Numbered from the stretch's first letter, positions 25,990 to 39,112 are shown. The stretch: DNA of 64,000 nt from Octopus bimaculoides (GCF_001194135.2 NC_068984.1:8321310-8385309); one strand, 5' to 3'. Numbers and translations: made by a program. The notes: generated by a model not told the origin, from the letters alone.

Positions 25990-26230
25990 TACTTGATGTA
26001 AGAGTGGAGATGGTAGAAATAAGAAAACTGAGATATGTCCGATTCTAGCCAGTGACAAGATGAGATTATGGAATATAAAGGTAATAGTCGTTCCTGTGGT
26101 TAATAGTGCATTGCTACCTAATAGTTTAAATGGTATTGGAACTGCGACTCGCATTGTAGACCTGCTGAAAGTCCCACCCTATATTCTGCAAGAATCCGTA
26201 TTTTCTCATTCTACAAACATTCTGTTGGGA
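25990..26230 (+). mobile_element. Degraded RLE-type LINE C-terminal fragment
   Basis: RLWNIKVIVVPVVNSAL...ILQESVFSHSTNIL resembles the R4/Dong-type RLWxxKVxVIPVVIGALG...LQKAALLGTARIL ending. Confidence 0.5.
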
Positions 26231-26744
26231 AAATTCCTTTACGTTAAAATCTTCTACAAGGTAGAAAGCCATTTTTAATTAATAGATTTGAAGATAATCC
26301 GTCGGCAACGCTGGTATTAAAGATGAGTGCGTTAATCTTAATACATTTTTCTCTTGTTTCGGGTTATCTTGAAATTGAGTTTATCCTGAAATTTTGAATT
26401 TGTTGACCACAAATGAGTTTGGTGCTGGTGCTGGTGTAGAGGTGGATAAGGAGAATGTGAAATGGGAAGGGTAGGTGAAGAGGCCTTGATGAAGGAGAAG
26501 GAGAAGAAATAGTGCTAGGAGAAGGAATTGAGGAGGAGGAGGGGAGTAGAGGGAGAGAGGTTACAAGAGGAGGGAAGTAGAGGAAACGAGAGGGGGTGAG
26601 GGGAGCAAGCAGGAATGGGAAGGGGAAGAGTAACAAAAACAAAAAGTTCCCTGTTAGCAGTCACAATAATTATCGTAATATATAGAAATTAACTAGTTTT
26701 TACTAATCCTGCTTTGTTATTCGTGTTAATCTGCCAGCATTATA

Positions 26745-27275
26745 CGAGGAAAAGTAAAACATTAATGCCATTTTGTTTAGGACAGCTATAATTACCAACA
26801 CAGGAACATGTATAATACATCAAAATGAAGCTGGACCGTTTCTCTCAATAGCAATGTTCTACCTTCGAATGAGAGCATGTGTCCCTGCCCTGTAACATTC
26901 TGTTGACTGTTCTTTGAACCACTTCTTCATTACAGTTTTCACTTCCTCGTCCCTGGAATAATTTAGCGCCTTTAGACTATCATCTCTTCGGCCCCATGAA
27001 AGAGGGTTCCAGAGGCAAACATTATTCCAGTGACAGAGAAGTGAAAACTGTAGTGAAGAAGTGGCTCAATGAACAGTCAACAGAATTTTACGGTGCAGGG
27101 ATACATGCTCTCAATCTAAGGTGGAACATTGTTATTGTGAGAAACGGTGACTATGTTGAGCAGAAGGAATGTGATCCACAGAGGGTCAGCTTCATTTTGA
27201 TGTATGATACATGTTTCTGTGTTGGTAACTTCAGATGTCCTAAACAAAATGGCATTACTTTTTCCCTCACCCTCC
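26745..27275. mobile_element. Fold-back element built from a mariner 3' end
   Basis: Right half encodes LAPLDYHLFGPMKE...WNIVIVRNGDYVE; left half is its inverted copy; TA at both ends; TIR aatgccattttgtttagga. Confidence 0.85.
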
Positions 27276-28655
27276 TATTAAACAGTTTGTTTATATTTCA
27301 GCAATGTTTCATTCCGAGCAGCTAAGAGTAGAGACGACATCAGCTGTATTTGATCTCAGATATTTCATGCATTCCGGGCAGATAAATTTGTAAGTCGATA
27401 CCTGTGGTGCATTGGAATCAATGATGGCGTTTATAACTTTGTCGACAACAATTGACCCAGTGCCAAAGTTTCAGGCGATTATTGATATTATAACACAGGC
27501 TTCAAATTATGAGGGTTTGAACGTTAGCGGAAAATTGTCTATTTTTGTTGAGTTAAACTAGAATTACAGGTCAGAAGAAATAATAATATATCTTGATTAC
27601 TTTGATCAATAACAGGCAACATGTCAAGTCTACTATTTAATGAGAAGATCAATCAGAGTTAATGCAGGAACTATCGTTTGCTGTTGTGGATGCATTTCAA
27701 TTGCTCATAAATATATATATATATATATATATATANNNNNNNNNNNNNNNNNNNNNNNNNNNNNNNNNNNNNNNNNNNNNNNNNNNNNNNNNNNNNNNNN
27801 NNNNNNNNNNNNNNNNNNNNNNNNNNNNNNNNNNNNNNNNNNNNNNNNNNNNNNNNNNNNNNNNNNNNNNNNNNNNNNNNNNNNNNNNNNNNNNNNNNNN
27901 NNNNNNNNNNNNNNNNNNNNNNNNNNNNNNNNNNNNNNNNNNNNNNNNNNNNNNNNNNNNNNNNNNNNNNNNNNNNNNNNNNNNNNNNNNNNNNNNNNNN
28001 NNNNNNNNNNNNNNNNNNNNNNNNNNNNNNNNNNNNNNNNNNNNNNNNNNNNNNNNNNNNNNNNNNNNNNNNNNNNNNNNNNNNNNNNNNNNNNNNNNNN
28101 NNNNNNNNNNNNNNNNNNNNNNNNNNNNNNNNNNNNNNNNNNNNNNNNNNNNNNNNNNNNNNNNNNNNNNNNNNNNNNNNNNNNNNNNNNNNNNNNNNNN
28201 NNNNNNNNNNNNNNNNNNNNNNNNNNNNNNNNNNNNNNNNNNNNNNNATGGTGCTGACAATGATGAATAAGACGTTGATTATTATTTTACATATATTATT
28301 AAGATTATGAAGCGACGAGGAAGAGTGTAGCAGAATGGACGGGTAATTTACGGAAGGAAACGAAAGAATTTCTATCAAAGATTGATGATTTCTCAAAAAT
28401 ATTATATATATATATAGAAAGGCAGATATATCTTTTCCTTCCCTCTGTGCATATGCATGTGTTGTACGTACGTCTATATGAGAATGTTTCCGTATCTAAA
28501 GTGTGTGAGATTTTTGTTTGTGTACGTGCTACAACGTGTGGCAAAGCGCTGCCAAATCTGTTCAGCTGAAAGCGTGTGCTGCTTAAACTAATACACATTT
28601 TTCAAATATAGACCCAAATTTGCTTTATTGTGCAAAAACTCATGCAGACATCTCC

Positions 28656-28694
<39 letters not shown>

Positions 28695-28723
28695 CATGCA
28701 CATTCACATACATACATATATAC

Positions 28724-28766
<43 letters not shown>

Positions 28767-29087
28767 CATACATATACATAAATATACATAGACATATATA
28801 TCGTATATGCATAGATATTAACTGACACACAGCCATATATCACTATATGCCTATGTATCTGTACTCCATACTTGTTTATTTAGTTTCTTTGTGTATGCGT
28901 TTTTGTCGAATATATACGCCAAAGACTATTTTTAAGCTGCGCAATGTTGGCTCTGCTGTGTAATATTTTATACAAAAGTGGACTTGGTTTGCTCTACAAT
29001 TGATTAAAAGTGACCTTTTTGTATATCTCTATTTCTACTTTACACTATGTACTTTTAGCTCAATCCATATATTTATATATATATTCA

Positions 29088-29450
29088 TAGGCGTGGCTAG
29101 GTGCTAAGAAACTTGCTTCACAATTACATGGTTCGGGTTTCAATCTCACTAAGCGGCACATTGGTCGAACGTTTTCTACTACAGTCTCTGGCTAGCGAAA
29201 TCCGTGTGAGTGCATTTGATTGGCGGAGCAGAAAGAAGACCGTCATATGCGTGTTTGTGTGTGAGTGTGTGTGTGGGGGTGGGGGGTATTTCTTTGTGTC
29301 TGTTTTACTGATCCGTATAACTTACTGGTTCGGCTTAAGAGACCAATAAATAGGTACCAGGCTTAAAAGAAATGCTGGGTCGATTCATTCTACTAAGAAC
29401 TCTGCGCCAAAACGGCCTCAGTCTAATGAGTGAAACAAATAAACTATAAA
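29088..29450 (+). mobile_element. Bipartite SINE (head C + (GT)n + module B)
   Basis: ataggcgtggct...cagaaagaagaccgtcata, then gtgt tract, then ggttcggcttaagagacc...gaaacaaataaa. Confidence 0.75.
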
Positions 29451-29841
29451 TTTATATATAGATGTATGCATGTATGTATGTGCGTATGTATGTATTCTTG
29501 TATGCTCGTTGAGGTTTGTATGTGTGTATGTACCAAATTTTACGAGGAAAAGCTTAATAGAAATTTGGAAGTCGCCTCTTGTAGATCAGCATTAAAATGA
29601 TGAAAGTGAATAAAATCCGAAACTTCGATGTCACTATTAACTTTCTCCTTGTAAAAGTTTATTAAAATGTATACTACTACAAAGTATTGTATAATGCTTG
29701 CGTTTAATGTCTATTTATTTTTAAATATTATAACTTGACATAAAAACAAGTGTTACTATATACAAACATAGACGTATATATGAATGCTTATATCTTTTAT
29801 TTGTTTCAGACATTTTTGTGCCTGCGTCCAATATTTATATA

Positions 29842-29902
<61 letters not shown>

Positions 29903-29904
<2 letters not shown>

Positions 29905-30065
29905 GAGAATATACAAAAAATAACAACAGACGAGGACAGGTGGTGTAAATAACAAAAGTATATATTAGTATGACGCTCGGGAATACGGAAAGTCTTTGAC
30001 GTTTCGAGCTACGCTCTTCAACAGAAAGAATACGGAGACGAGGAGAAAAACACGGAGAAAAAAAA
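29903..30065 (-). mobile_element. Short Penelope-like element with hammerhead motif, embedded in (TA)n
   Basis: Homologous to 63610-63800 along its length; (TA)n on both sides. Confidence 0.65.
29993..30029 (-). ncRNA. Minimal hammerhead-like motif with variant core
   Basis: UCUUU-CUGUUGA-A-GAGC GUA GCUC-GAAAC-GUC-AAAGA: perfect helices I and II, ACGU palindrome, U at the normally invariant A6. Confidence 0.55.
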
Positions 30066-30199
30066 ATTATATATATATATATATATATATGCCAGAATAA
30101 GTATTTAAATGTGAAGCAAGGTGGTAAAGATAGTATTTGCATATATTTATGTTTTGCCTGTATTTGTTCGTATATATATGTGTGTTTAGTGTATATATA

Positions 30200-31421
30200 C
30201 AGGGGTCCGACAAAATAATGGAAACACCTTAGAATTTCAAACAAATTAATTTTAATATGGGTAGGACCGTCTTTGGCAGTAATTACAGCTAGAATTCTAA
30301 CAGGTATGGACTTGTACAAAGTTTGAATTTGTTTCCAAAGGAATTTTTGTCCATTCTCCAGCTAAAACAGTCTCCAATTCTTATAGTGATGATGGTGGAG
30401 GATATAGTCACCTGTCTTGCTTTTCTAAAATGCACCATAAATGTGCAATAATATTGAGATCTGTGCACTGTGGTTATCCCTCGTGCCATTCAGTAACAAA
30501 TTTAGCTTTGTGAATTGGTACATTATCATCCTGAAAGATTCCATTTCCCTCCGGAAACAGTTCCGCCATCATAAGATGAATGTGATCAGATAAAATGCTT
30601 AAATAGTCTTGACTATTAATTCTGCCATGAGGGGAAACCATTGGGCTGGCGGTTTTCCAAGATATAGCCCCCACCCCAATCATCACAAATTCTCCTCCAT
30701 GTTTGACAGTTGCTTCTTTTGGCTGTCTCCACACGTATACTTGGCTGGTGGTTGGAAATAGGGTAAAGGATGACTCATCCGAGAAAATATTCTTCCTCTG
30801 CTCTAGGGACAAATTATGTAGGTTTTTAATTCCACTCTAAACGCTTTGCAAAGTTTGTTTTTGAAAATAGTTATTTTCTGATTGCAGCCCTCCCGTGAAA
30901 TCCGGCTTTGTGCAGCTCCCGGTGAAACGTTTTTCTGTAAACTGGGTTTTTGAGGTGGTCATTACGCTCAAAAGTAATTTTGGGAGCTGTACTCTTGTGA
31001 CCCTTTCTAACAATTCGTGTAAGAATCCGACGGTCCCTATCTGAAAGTTTTGGTTTTCTTCCAGAGTTTTGTTTCGACGAGGAGGTTTTCCCCTCTTCCT
31101 CAAAGGCTGTGGTAACTTTCGACAGACAGTACTTCTTGATACACCAAACATTTCGGCTGTTCATATTACACTAGCGCCTGTCATACGAGCACCAGCAAAT
31201 TGACTTCTTTGAAAGCCCGATAGATCTGTCATTTTTATGAATTTTAATTACCTTTTTTCCGATGATATCTGAAAAGGAAGAGCAATTTCAGCAAAACATA
31301 TTAAGCAACACTAATATTATATCAAAAACAGAAAAATAAGCAAACAGTTGACGATTTTATAGATACTTCAAAATTATAATGCTATGATGTTGGGTGTTCC
31401 CATTATTTTATCTAGTGCGTG
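30200..31421 (-). mobile_element. Tc1-family DNA transposon, near full length, decayed
   Basis: Imperfect TIRs (a[c/t]aaaataatgg[a/g]aacacc) at both ends, TA at the left end, internal transposase remnant. Confidence 0.85.
30252..31232 (-). pseudogene. Tc1 transposase pseudogene
   Basis: MTDLSGFQR...MFGVSRSTV (HTH), GRKPKLSDRDRRIL, IFSDES, TVKHGG, FQDDN, PDLNIIAHLW, AKDGPT; contains stops and frameshifts. Confidence 0.9.
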
Positions 31422-31495
31422 TTGATAATATTAGCATAAAGTATCTCCCTAGAAACAACAAAATATGTGTGTGTGTGTGTATGTGTGTGTGTGTT

Positions 31496-31528
<33 letters not shown>

Positions 31529-32284
31529 GAATGCGTGTGTGTTTGTGTGTGTGTTTGTTTGTTTGTGTGTGTGTGTGTTTGTTTGTTTGTGTGTGTGTGT
31601 GTGTGTGTGTGCAGTTAATCTCGTACAGTTGCTAATATTTATATACCACTGAACCTTAGACATCCATAAGCGTTACCCGTGAAATGAAGTGAAAAACAAT
31701 AGAAACATTTAACGTGAAAAATTATATATATATTTTTTTTATTTGTGTTTCAGCCAAGTGGCTGCGGTCATGCTGGTGCACCACCGTGCAAAAAAATGGT
31801 AAAAATTGAAACAAATGGAATAATCAAAGGGGGGAATAAAAATGTAAATTCTTTGCAACGTAAAGATTGAAATGAAGATATTGCATTTTACATATATTGA
31901 ATACTTTCACATGTATAATATCTGAAAATCAGAATGTATACCTGTGTAATATTTCTTATATGACTCATGTTTCTGATCATATATAGATAATTTTCTTTTC
32001 TCTTTCTAAAATATATTTTTGCGCCAAATATGAGAAAATCAAATTCGCAAATTTTTTAGGAATAAATTATACCGTGTACATAGACATGAATATAATCCTA
32101 TAGTTAATACATACGTATGTATATATTTATATCTATGCATCTATATTCAGAGTAATTTGAAATTTTTTATATTTCCATTGTTATGTATCTCTGTTTCTGG
32201 CCAATCTATACAACCAGCCATACGTACATACAATTCCGGATAAATGCACAAAATACACATGTATGATCATACCGTGCCTCTTTG

Positions 32285-32339
<55 letters not shown>

Positions 32340-32454
32340 NNNNNNNNNNNNNNNNNNNNNNNNNNNNNNNNNNNNNNNNNNNNNNNNNNNNNNNNNNNNN
32401 NNNNNNNNNNNNNNNNNNNNNNNNNNNNNNNNNNNNNNNNNNATACGTATATAC

Positions 32455-32650
32455 AGGGTGATTCAGATGTCATCATACACAGGAACAATTTATTTTTTAT
32501 AAGAAACAGTTTATAAGAACAGTTTTATTGTTTTTTATTTAACAGTCTCTATATGGCTACCATTGTTTTGAATACACATTGCAATACGTTTACCCCACTC
32601 ATTCTGAACTCGTAATAGTACATCTGGTGATACGTGTGCAAAGGAGTTGG
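32455..32650 (-). mobile_element. Tc1/mariner-superfamily 3' end fragment
   Basis: TA-cagggtg terminus; minus-strand SPDVLLRVQNEWGKRIAMCIQNNGSHIE resembles transposase C-termini. Confidence 0.5.
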
Positions 32651-32654
32651 TGAA

Positions 32655-32988
32655 AGGATAAAAGGCAAAGTCGACCTCGGAGGAATTTGAACTCAGAACG
32701 TAAAGACAGACGAAATAACGCTAAGCATTTCACACGGCGTGCTAACGTTTCTTATTTCTTTATTGCTCACAAGGGGCTAAACATAGAGGAAACAAACAAG
32801 GATAGATACAGGGATTAAGTCGGTTACATTGACCCCAGTGCGTAACTGGTACTTAATTTATCGACCCCGAACGGATGAAAGGCAAAGTCGACCTCGGCGG
32901 AATTTCAACTCAGAACGTAAAGATAGACGAAATACCGCTAAGCATTTCTCAAAACGTGCTAACGTTTCTGCTAGCTCACTGCCTTAAA
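32655..32988 (-). mobile_element. Family A head-to-tail dimer
   Basis: Full unit with type-1 tail joined at aataaagaaataagaaacgttagcacg to a second, truncated unit. Confidence 0.85.
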
Positions 32989-35789
32989 TAAATGAAAATA
33001 TTGAAGACGTAGAACTATGGATTATGAACTACGGAAGCAGTAATGTGTTTCGGCTATGTGGAAAATGAAAATAATTTAAACGTAAATAACAAAATTAGAC
33101 GTTGTAGAAAAACTAAACTAACACATATTCATATTCTATATTGTCGAAGATGAGAATATGTAAGACGTAGATAATATAATTACCATTCCATCACATATTC
33201 TACAGTGTAAAAGCTAAAAGGAATTGCGTCGTCAATGTTACAATTTCATTTTTTGCAAACATGAAACAGTTACAATTTAATAATGCAGGAAACTATCCAT
33301 TTAGGATAGTTACCATTATTTGTTAATAATAAGGGTTTTAATTAGTCTGCTATATAATGCAAACAAAATAAGTGCATAGATTTACTCGAATGTTTCTTAA
33401 AGGAACACAAACATATTGTAATTGACTATATCGTCTAGAGAAATTTCTGTACAAATTGTTTTGACAGAGGTACACTGGTATATTAGTTTGTGTTCGGCCT
33501 CAGAGATATAAAATAACAATAGGTTTAGAACCAGTACTCAACGGAATTAAATAATATTTAAACTACGATCTATATATCTCCGCATTCTGTTATGTTTTCC
33601 AAAACAATGCCTTGAATATATTGAACAATATAATTTAGATATATTGTCCTGAATTTTCATATTCTACATTGTCTTGCCTAGAAAGACCGGGATAATAGAA
33701 GCGAAGTAAACTCAAGTTTGGCTATATCAATACACTTCTCTTTATGTTTACATATTTATTTTGATCGCTGGAATTGCAGACATTGTGTAGCTTTCGATCG
33801 GAACAGAATTTTCCTTTCATCTTGTCTTATGCTGTGTTTAATAATTGCTTTGCTAATAGTTTTTTTTAAGTTGTTTTCAGTGACCATAATCTTTTCTTAT
33901 TGTATCTTGCTGTGTATCTGTACGATAAATCATTATTTAATCGGTAATCTTACGAGCAACTCGATTGCAGATGTAATACGAAGCATGTTTATAGTTTGGT
34001 GATTCATGGCAGCCATATACTTCAAGGAGATAGTCAATCCCTGAATTGAAATCTACGTTTCTTCCTCACCAACCCAAAATGAATGTGTCATGTGTGTCAT
34101 TGATTATGGTGAATGCTTTTTAGTCGAAATACGTTTTTTTTTAATTATTTGCTGTTTTCATTCCAGAAATGATTTTTATTCAATGTATAACATTCGATTA
34201 AAATAACAATTACTCGAACCCATTAATAATGTAGATAGGGGATGAGATAATACCAGTTGAATCTTGATGAATCCGGCATACAATTAAGAATTTTCTAATC
34301 ACGAATATTCTGTGACACTTTTCTACACCCGAGATTATATGCTTTGATATGTCCTTCTGTTTTTAAGATAGTATGCCTATGATTGGATGCAAAACTTACT
34401 GCTATTTTTAACAGTTTATTTTAGAGCGCAAAGGTTCCTGCACTGATTTGAAGATCTTTGATATTTCATGAATGTTGTATGAAATGGTGTATGCTGTAAA
34501 TGTCAACGCTGCCAACATTCTGAGAGAATGTTATTTCAGCATTTACAAGGCATTCAATAACGAATCACTGATTATATAAGTGATGTTGGCGCATTTATTA
34601 CAGCTTTATAGCAACAGCTGATGATATTCACATTAATATTTCATCGTATATAATGTACGCTGATGTGTTTCCCATCGGTACTGTTAGCTTTGGTTGTGAT
34701 GTCCATTGAGAGAAAACAAATGGTAGATCTTTTTTTTTTTAAACTTTATATATAAATCTGGCTACAATAATATTTACATCCGTAGGAATCTGTGTCAGTA
34801 AATTAATATTAAATACTTTAAGAGAGTTTTTTTGTATCTTAAAGCCAGAAGAAATAAAACAGAATATTTTATTGTTATTTACCTCTTCAATGTGATTGAT
34901 GTCATGCATCACCGGACCGAGTTTTATACAAATCAAGTGAATACAAAATGGCTGCATTTATCTGTATATCTTTGGCCGTATATTGTGCCTACGATTCAAT
35001 TTTATGGGATTGCGAATGCGCTTTGTAACTTTATTACATTCAATTGTGTGTTTTGTCAATACACGCTGTTGAATATTGGTATCCTTCTTGCTGTTTACTC
35101 AATGTCCGTTTTACTATTCACAAGGCTCTGTTTATGACATTGAAAATGTGTATCTGTATTTTCCCAAGATATTTTCTCCATCATACTAAATAAAAGCATT
35201 TTGATGAAGCTGCTACCTAAATTCACCGATAGAAGTTGTCTTAACAATATTTATTGTCATATCTTTTCAACTTTTGCATGACAATTATTTCGTTACTTCT
35301 GTTTAAGTCCAAGGACAAATATTTATAAATCCTAGATAACCACATTCTTATATTTAACATTTTCTGACCAGTAGTTATCCATGAAAGAGATTCATATCGC
35401 GATGTCTCATTCAGCAGAACCACCAGACAGGAAATTTTCCAGCGGAATTCCTTTTGACAAATATACTGGGTAATGGTTCCGCTTCCTGGATAGCTCACAG
35501 ATATAGTGAGATATCCAGAATCTTCCATAAAGAGAGATCTCCTCCCAAACCATTGAATTGGGGAATATTATTTTCATGAGGAATATAGCCACGCTCTGTT
35601 AGTGTTTTGCACAAATTCAAAATCGCATTAATCTCGTGTGAAACCTCGTTTCCCACAACGTGAAAGCTTCCACTCATCTCTCATCACACAGCAAATATGT
35701 ATGTCTAAAACATATAACTACACCTCAGAATATAATGGCATGTATATGTTTCTACGTGTAAAGGTTATTCGACAGGGTGTGTAGCCTGG

Positions 35790-36125
35790 AGATGAAGGAG
35801 TTTCTCCGGGGGCGTCGAACTGCTATGTCTTCGCATTGAGTCATCACAACACCTGCATTACGGATATGTGTTTACAATGTCGCAAGAATGAATCGCAAAA
35901 CGGATTCTTCAAACCGAACCAACCGTCAGGATTCCTAGGAATTGGCCGAGAACAAGATGATTAAATAATATCCATAGTCTCATTTGATCATGCTTGGGAC
36001 TCCAGCTTCTGATAGGACCCTATGGAGAAGGTAGTTAATGAATCTACACACCAGAAATCTTATAGGCTTAGTGGGCAGAAACAATTGCTGGCTGGATGGA
36101 TGGATGGATGGATAGATGGATAAGT
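35790..36125 (+). mobile_element. Probable LINE 3' end with (GGAT)n tail
   Basis: Shares a motif and tail with 4560-4800; no clear protein motif. Confidence 0.35.
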
Positions 36126-36991
36126 CAATTGTGATTTTAACTGTATAGTTACATACTCTGTTAGCATATTATGCTGTTGTATGAACACAGACATCCTGTG
36201 TATATTCTTCATTTATCCAAAATAATGGCACTTTATAGCCTCATTTTCATTTCTCGTCGCAAGTAAACATATCGATCTTTCAGTCTCTAATTCGACATAG
36301 ATTCATTATTTCGTAGATTTACGACCTCGATAATGTTTATCCAACTAACTCCTCTATGGTGAGTAGAGCAATCTCTCGTAAGCCTAATAATATATAATTA
36401 CTGTAAACTCGTTGTAATTATCATACAATTAGGCTCTCGCTGCACAACAGGGATGTTTGTTCAGTTGGGTTGTGTGAGTCACAAAGGATTGCTTGATTTT
36501 GTCGTTATTAAAATGAGTACACACTGAATATAATTATTCCACCATTAGAAGCAAATAGCGCTGATCCTCTGCTGATTAAGGAATTGCTAATTGTACTTCT
36601 CTATTTCATTATGTATGTTTGCAAAATTAAAATGAATGGGGACATAATATGTTATTAAACACTGTTGACACTAGACGAGGTTCTAATAGAGAGTTCTCGT
36701 GACGGGGCAGCAGAAAGTTTTGGAAGAGAAAAGCACAATAACCACAGTATGGGAAAAGGCAGAATTGTTCTTATATTTTAACGGCTTCTGAAAAGAGATT
36801 AGAAGGGGTTAAAACACAATTATCCTTAAAATTATTATATACATTTACAGTTTCATATATATACATATGTATACATACATATATATAGATATATCTATAA
36901 ATACATACATACATTCATGCATTCATACACGCATACATACATACATACATACATACATACATACATACATACATACATACATACATACATA

Positions 36992-37485
36992 CAAAATCAG
37001 CTGTCCTGCGGATGTCAACATCCCACTAAACGTTAGAGAAAAAAAGAGAACAACTACGCCGAGCTACTGAGAAATTTACAGATACTCCACCCAGACTACA
37101 AGTTCAGATTCATACCCGTGATTGTTGGGGCATTGGGATATGTAACGAACTGCCTCAACAAAACCTGGAAAAATTAGGGTTCTCAAAACCTGAAAGAAAA
37201 AGGCTGATTAGAAGACTACAGATTCAAGCCATCAATGGAACTGTAAAGATATGTAAAACTGTCCAAAAATATGGAACATAAATACATATGCATGCATCTA
37301 AAACGCATCCATAAAACAAACATACAAATCTGCGCATACACTAACACCAAATACTGCACACGCACACATATGCACAAATACCTAGATGATGTTGATAAAA
37401 GTTCCAATGAAGGAGCCTTGAATCTATGTTAGAGTCCGGCTCTTTCTCTATGGACAAGAAATACAGAAATGAAACTGATTGATAA
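36992..37485 (+). mobile_element. R4/Dong-like (RLE) LINE, 5'-truncated, inside (CATA)n
   Basis: ISCPADVNI...PDYKFRFIPVIVGALGYV...LQIQAINGTVKICKT followed by a 3' UTR; (CATA)n on both flanks. Confidence 0.8.
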
Positions 37486-37519
37486 CATACATACATACAT
37501 GCATACATACATACATACA

Positions 37520-38790
37520 TAATAGACAGCACCGAGATGATCCTAACATTGATNNNNNNNNNNNNNNACATGCATACATACATACATACATAATAGACAG
37601 CACCGAGATGATCCTAACATTGATCATCAAAGCAGTCTATCATGGATCAAGTGCCGGATTACTACCTCCCATTTTGAAGGGTATGCTTTTTCAATCGAGG
37701 AACAGGACTTATCAACAAATGTATATGATGCACAAAAAGGACAGAGATGCAGCAAAAGCAGTGAAATGTGACAACCGATGCAGACTTTGTGGAGTTAAGT
37801 GCCAGTACTCATACCAACATTTAGGCTGCTTGATTGGACGCTTGATGAGATCCGGGCCAATGATGTGAAAACCCGGAAAGTATTAACAAACACCCATAAT
37901 TTCCACATAAGCAGTGACATAGTCCATTTATACCTAAAACGAAAACAAGGCAGCAGAAGCTTAACATCGATCCAAAATGCCTTTCATGTCGCCTCATATC
38001 CCTTCGGCAACATCTTTTAATCACCTAGTGTCGAAGTGCATCCATTGACCAAGATTGCATACGTGAGGCTGATAACATCATAAGACTTGGAAAGCAGCTC
38101 CTTGAGCAACATTCTTTCTCCGATAACCTAGAATACATGTCCAGAAATGTCGCACGACTCTACCGCAACGTATCATCAGATGAAAGGATGAGCCTACATG
38201 GGCAAAAGACTATGCATAGATATGTTAGTAGAAACCTCCGTGATGATAGTAACATAGTATCTGTCCATAACATCAAGGACAATTATTCAGATGACTACCT
38301 CCCATTTTGAAGGGTATGCGATTGTAATCCAGGAACATAAAATATCAACCAAGTACATGATGCAGAAAAGGGATAGAGATGCAGGAAAATCCGTAAAATA
38401 TGACAACCGGAGCAGACTTTGTGGAGTCCACACTGAAGATATCACCTAAATCATAAGCAATTGTCCGAAAATGTCATCACAGTATTATCTACCGATGAGA
38501 CATGATGTTGTAGCTAGGACGCTCTATAATGAAATCCGTCGAAAAGATAACGCCGAGAACAAAGAAATAAGAACCCACAATATGGTAGAAGCCATAGCCA
38601 CTCATCATAAGAAAAATACTGGTGGAATGTACTAGTCAAAACCTCAGTGAAATATAAGAACAAGAGACCTGATCCATGATTTGGGATAGAGACGACAAAG
38701 CTAATTCGAAGACTACACATCCACTCCATCGCTGGAACTGTAAGAATCTGTAAAACTTTTCAGACGTTTATTATTTAAATATATAAGAAA
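37520..38790 (+). pseudogene. R4/Dong-like LINE remnant (post-RT region, CCHC knuckle, partial RLE)
   Basis: PVLIPTFRLLDWTLDEIR...HLYLKRKQGSRSL; CRLCG...IISNCP; RHDVVA; KRPD; SIAGTVRICKTF; stops, an internal deletion and a duplicated knuckle segment. Confidence 0.85.
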
Positions 38791-38799
38791 TGCAACTAT

Positions 38800-39112
38800 A
38801 GAGAAGACCCCATTCGGTCATGAATGACCATGGGATTGCACCTAGAAAGTTACTCTCCGAGGCACAAGTCCGGGCAAGTTTGTTTATGGAAGACCAGCGG
38901 TCATCCATGCATACCGGTCTCCCCTCTCCATACCACCGATGTTATCCAAGGGAAAGACAAAGGGGCCGATACAGCTTGGCACTAGTGACGTTGTAACTTA
39001 TTTCTACAGCTGAGTGAACTGGAGCGACGTGAAATAAAGTGACTTGCTCAAGAACACAACACACAGCCTGGTCCGGGAATTGAACTCACAACCTCACGAT
39101 CGTAAGCTCCAT
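38800..39112 (-). mobile_element. CORE-like tRNA SINE with long 3' tail
   Basis: gagtgaactggagcgacgtgaaataaagtgacttgctcaagaacacaac...gggaattgaac is the reverse complement of a tRNA B-box plus CORE-like segment. Confidence 0.75.

Noticed and set aside
37520-37625. 34-bp duplication (aatagacagcaccgagatgatcctaacattgat)
   Set aside because: It straddles a short N gap and is most likely overlapping contig ends.
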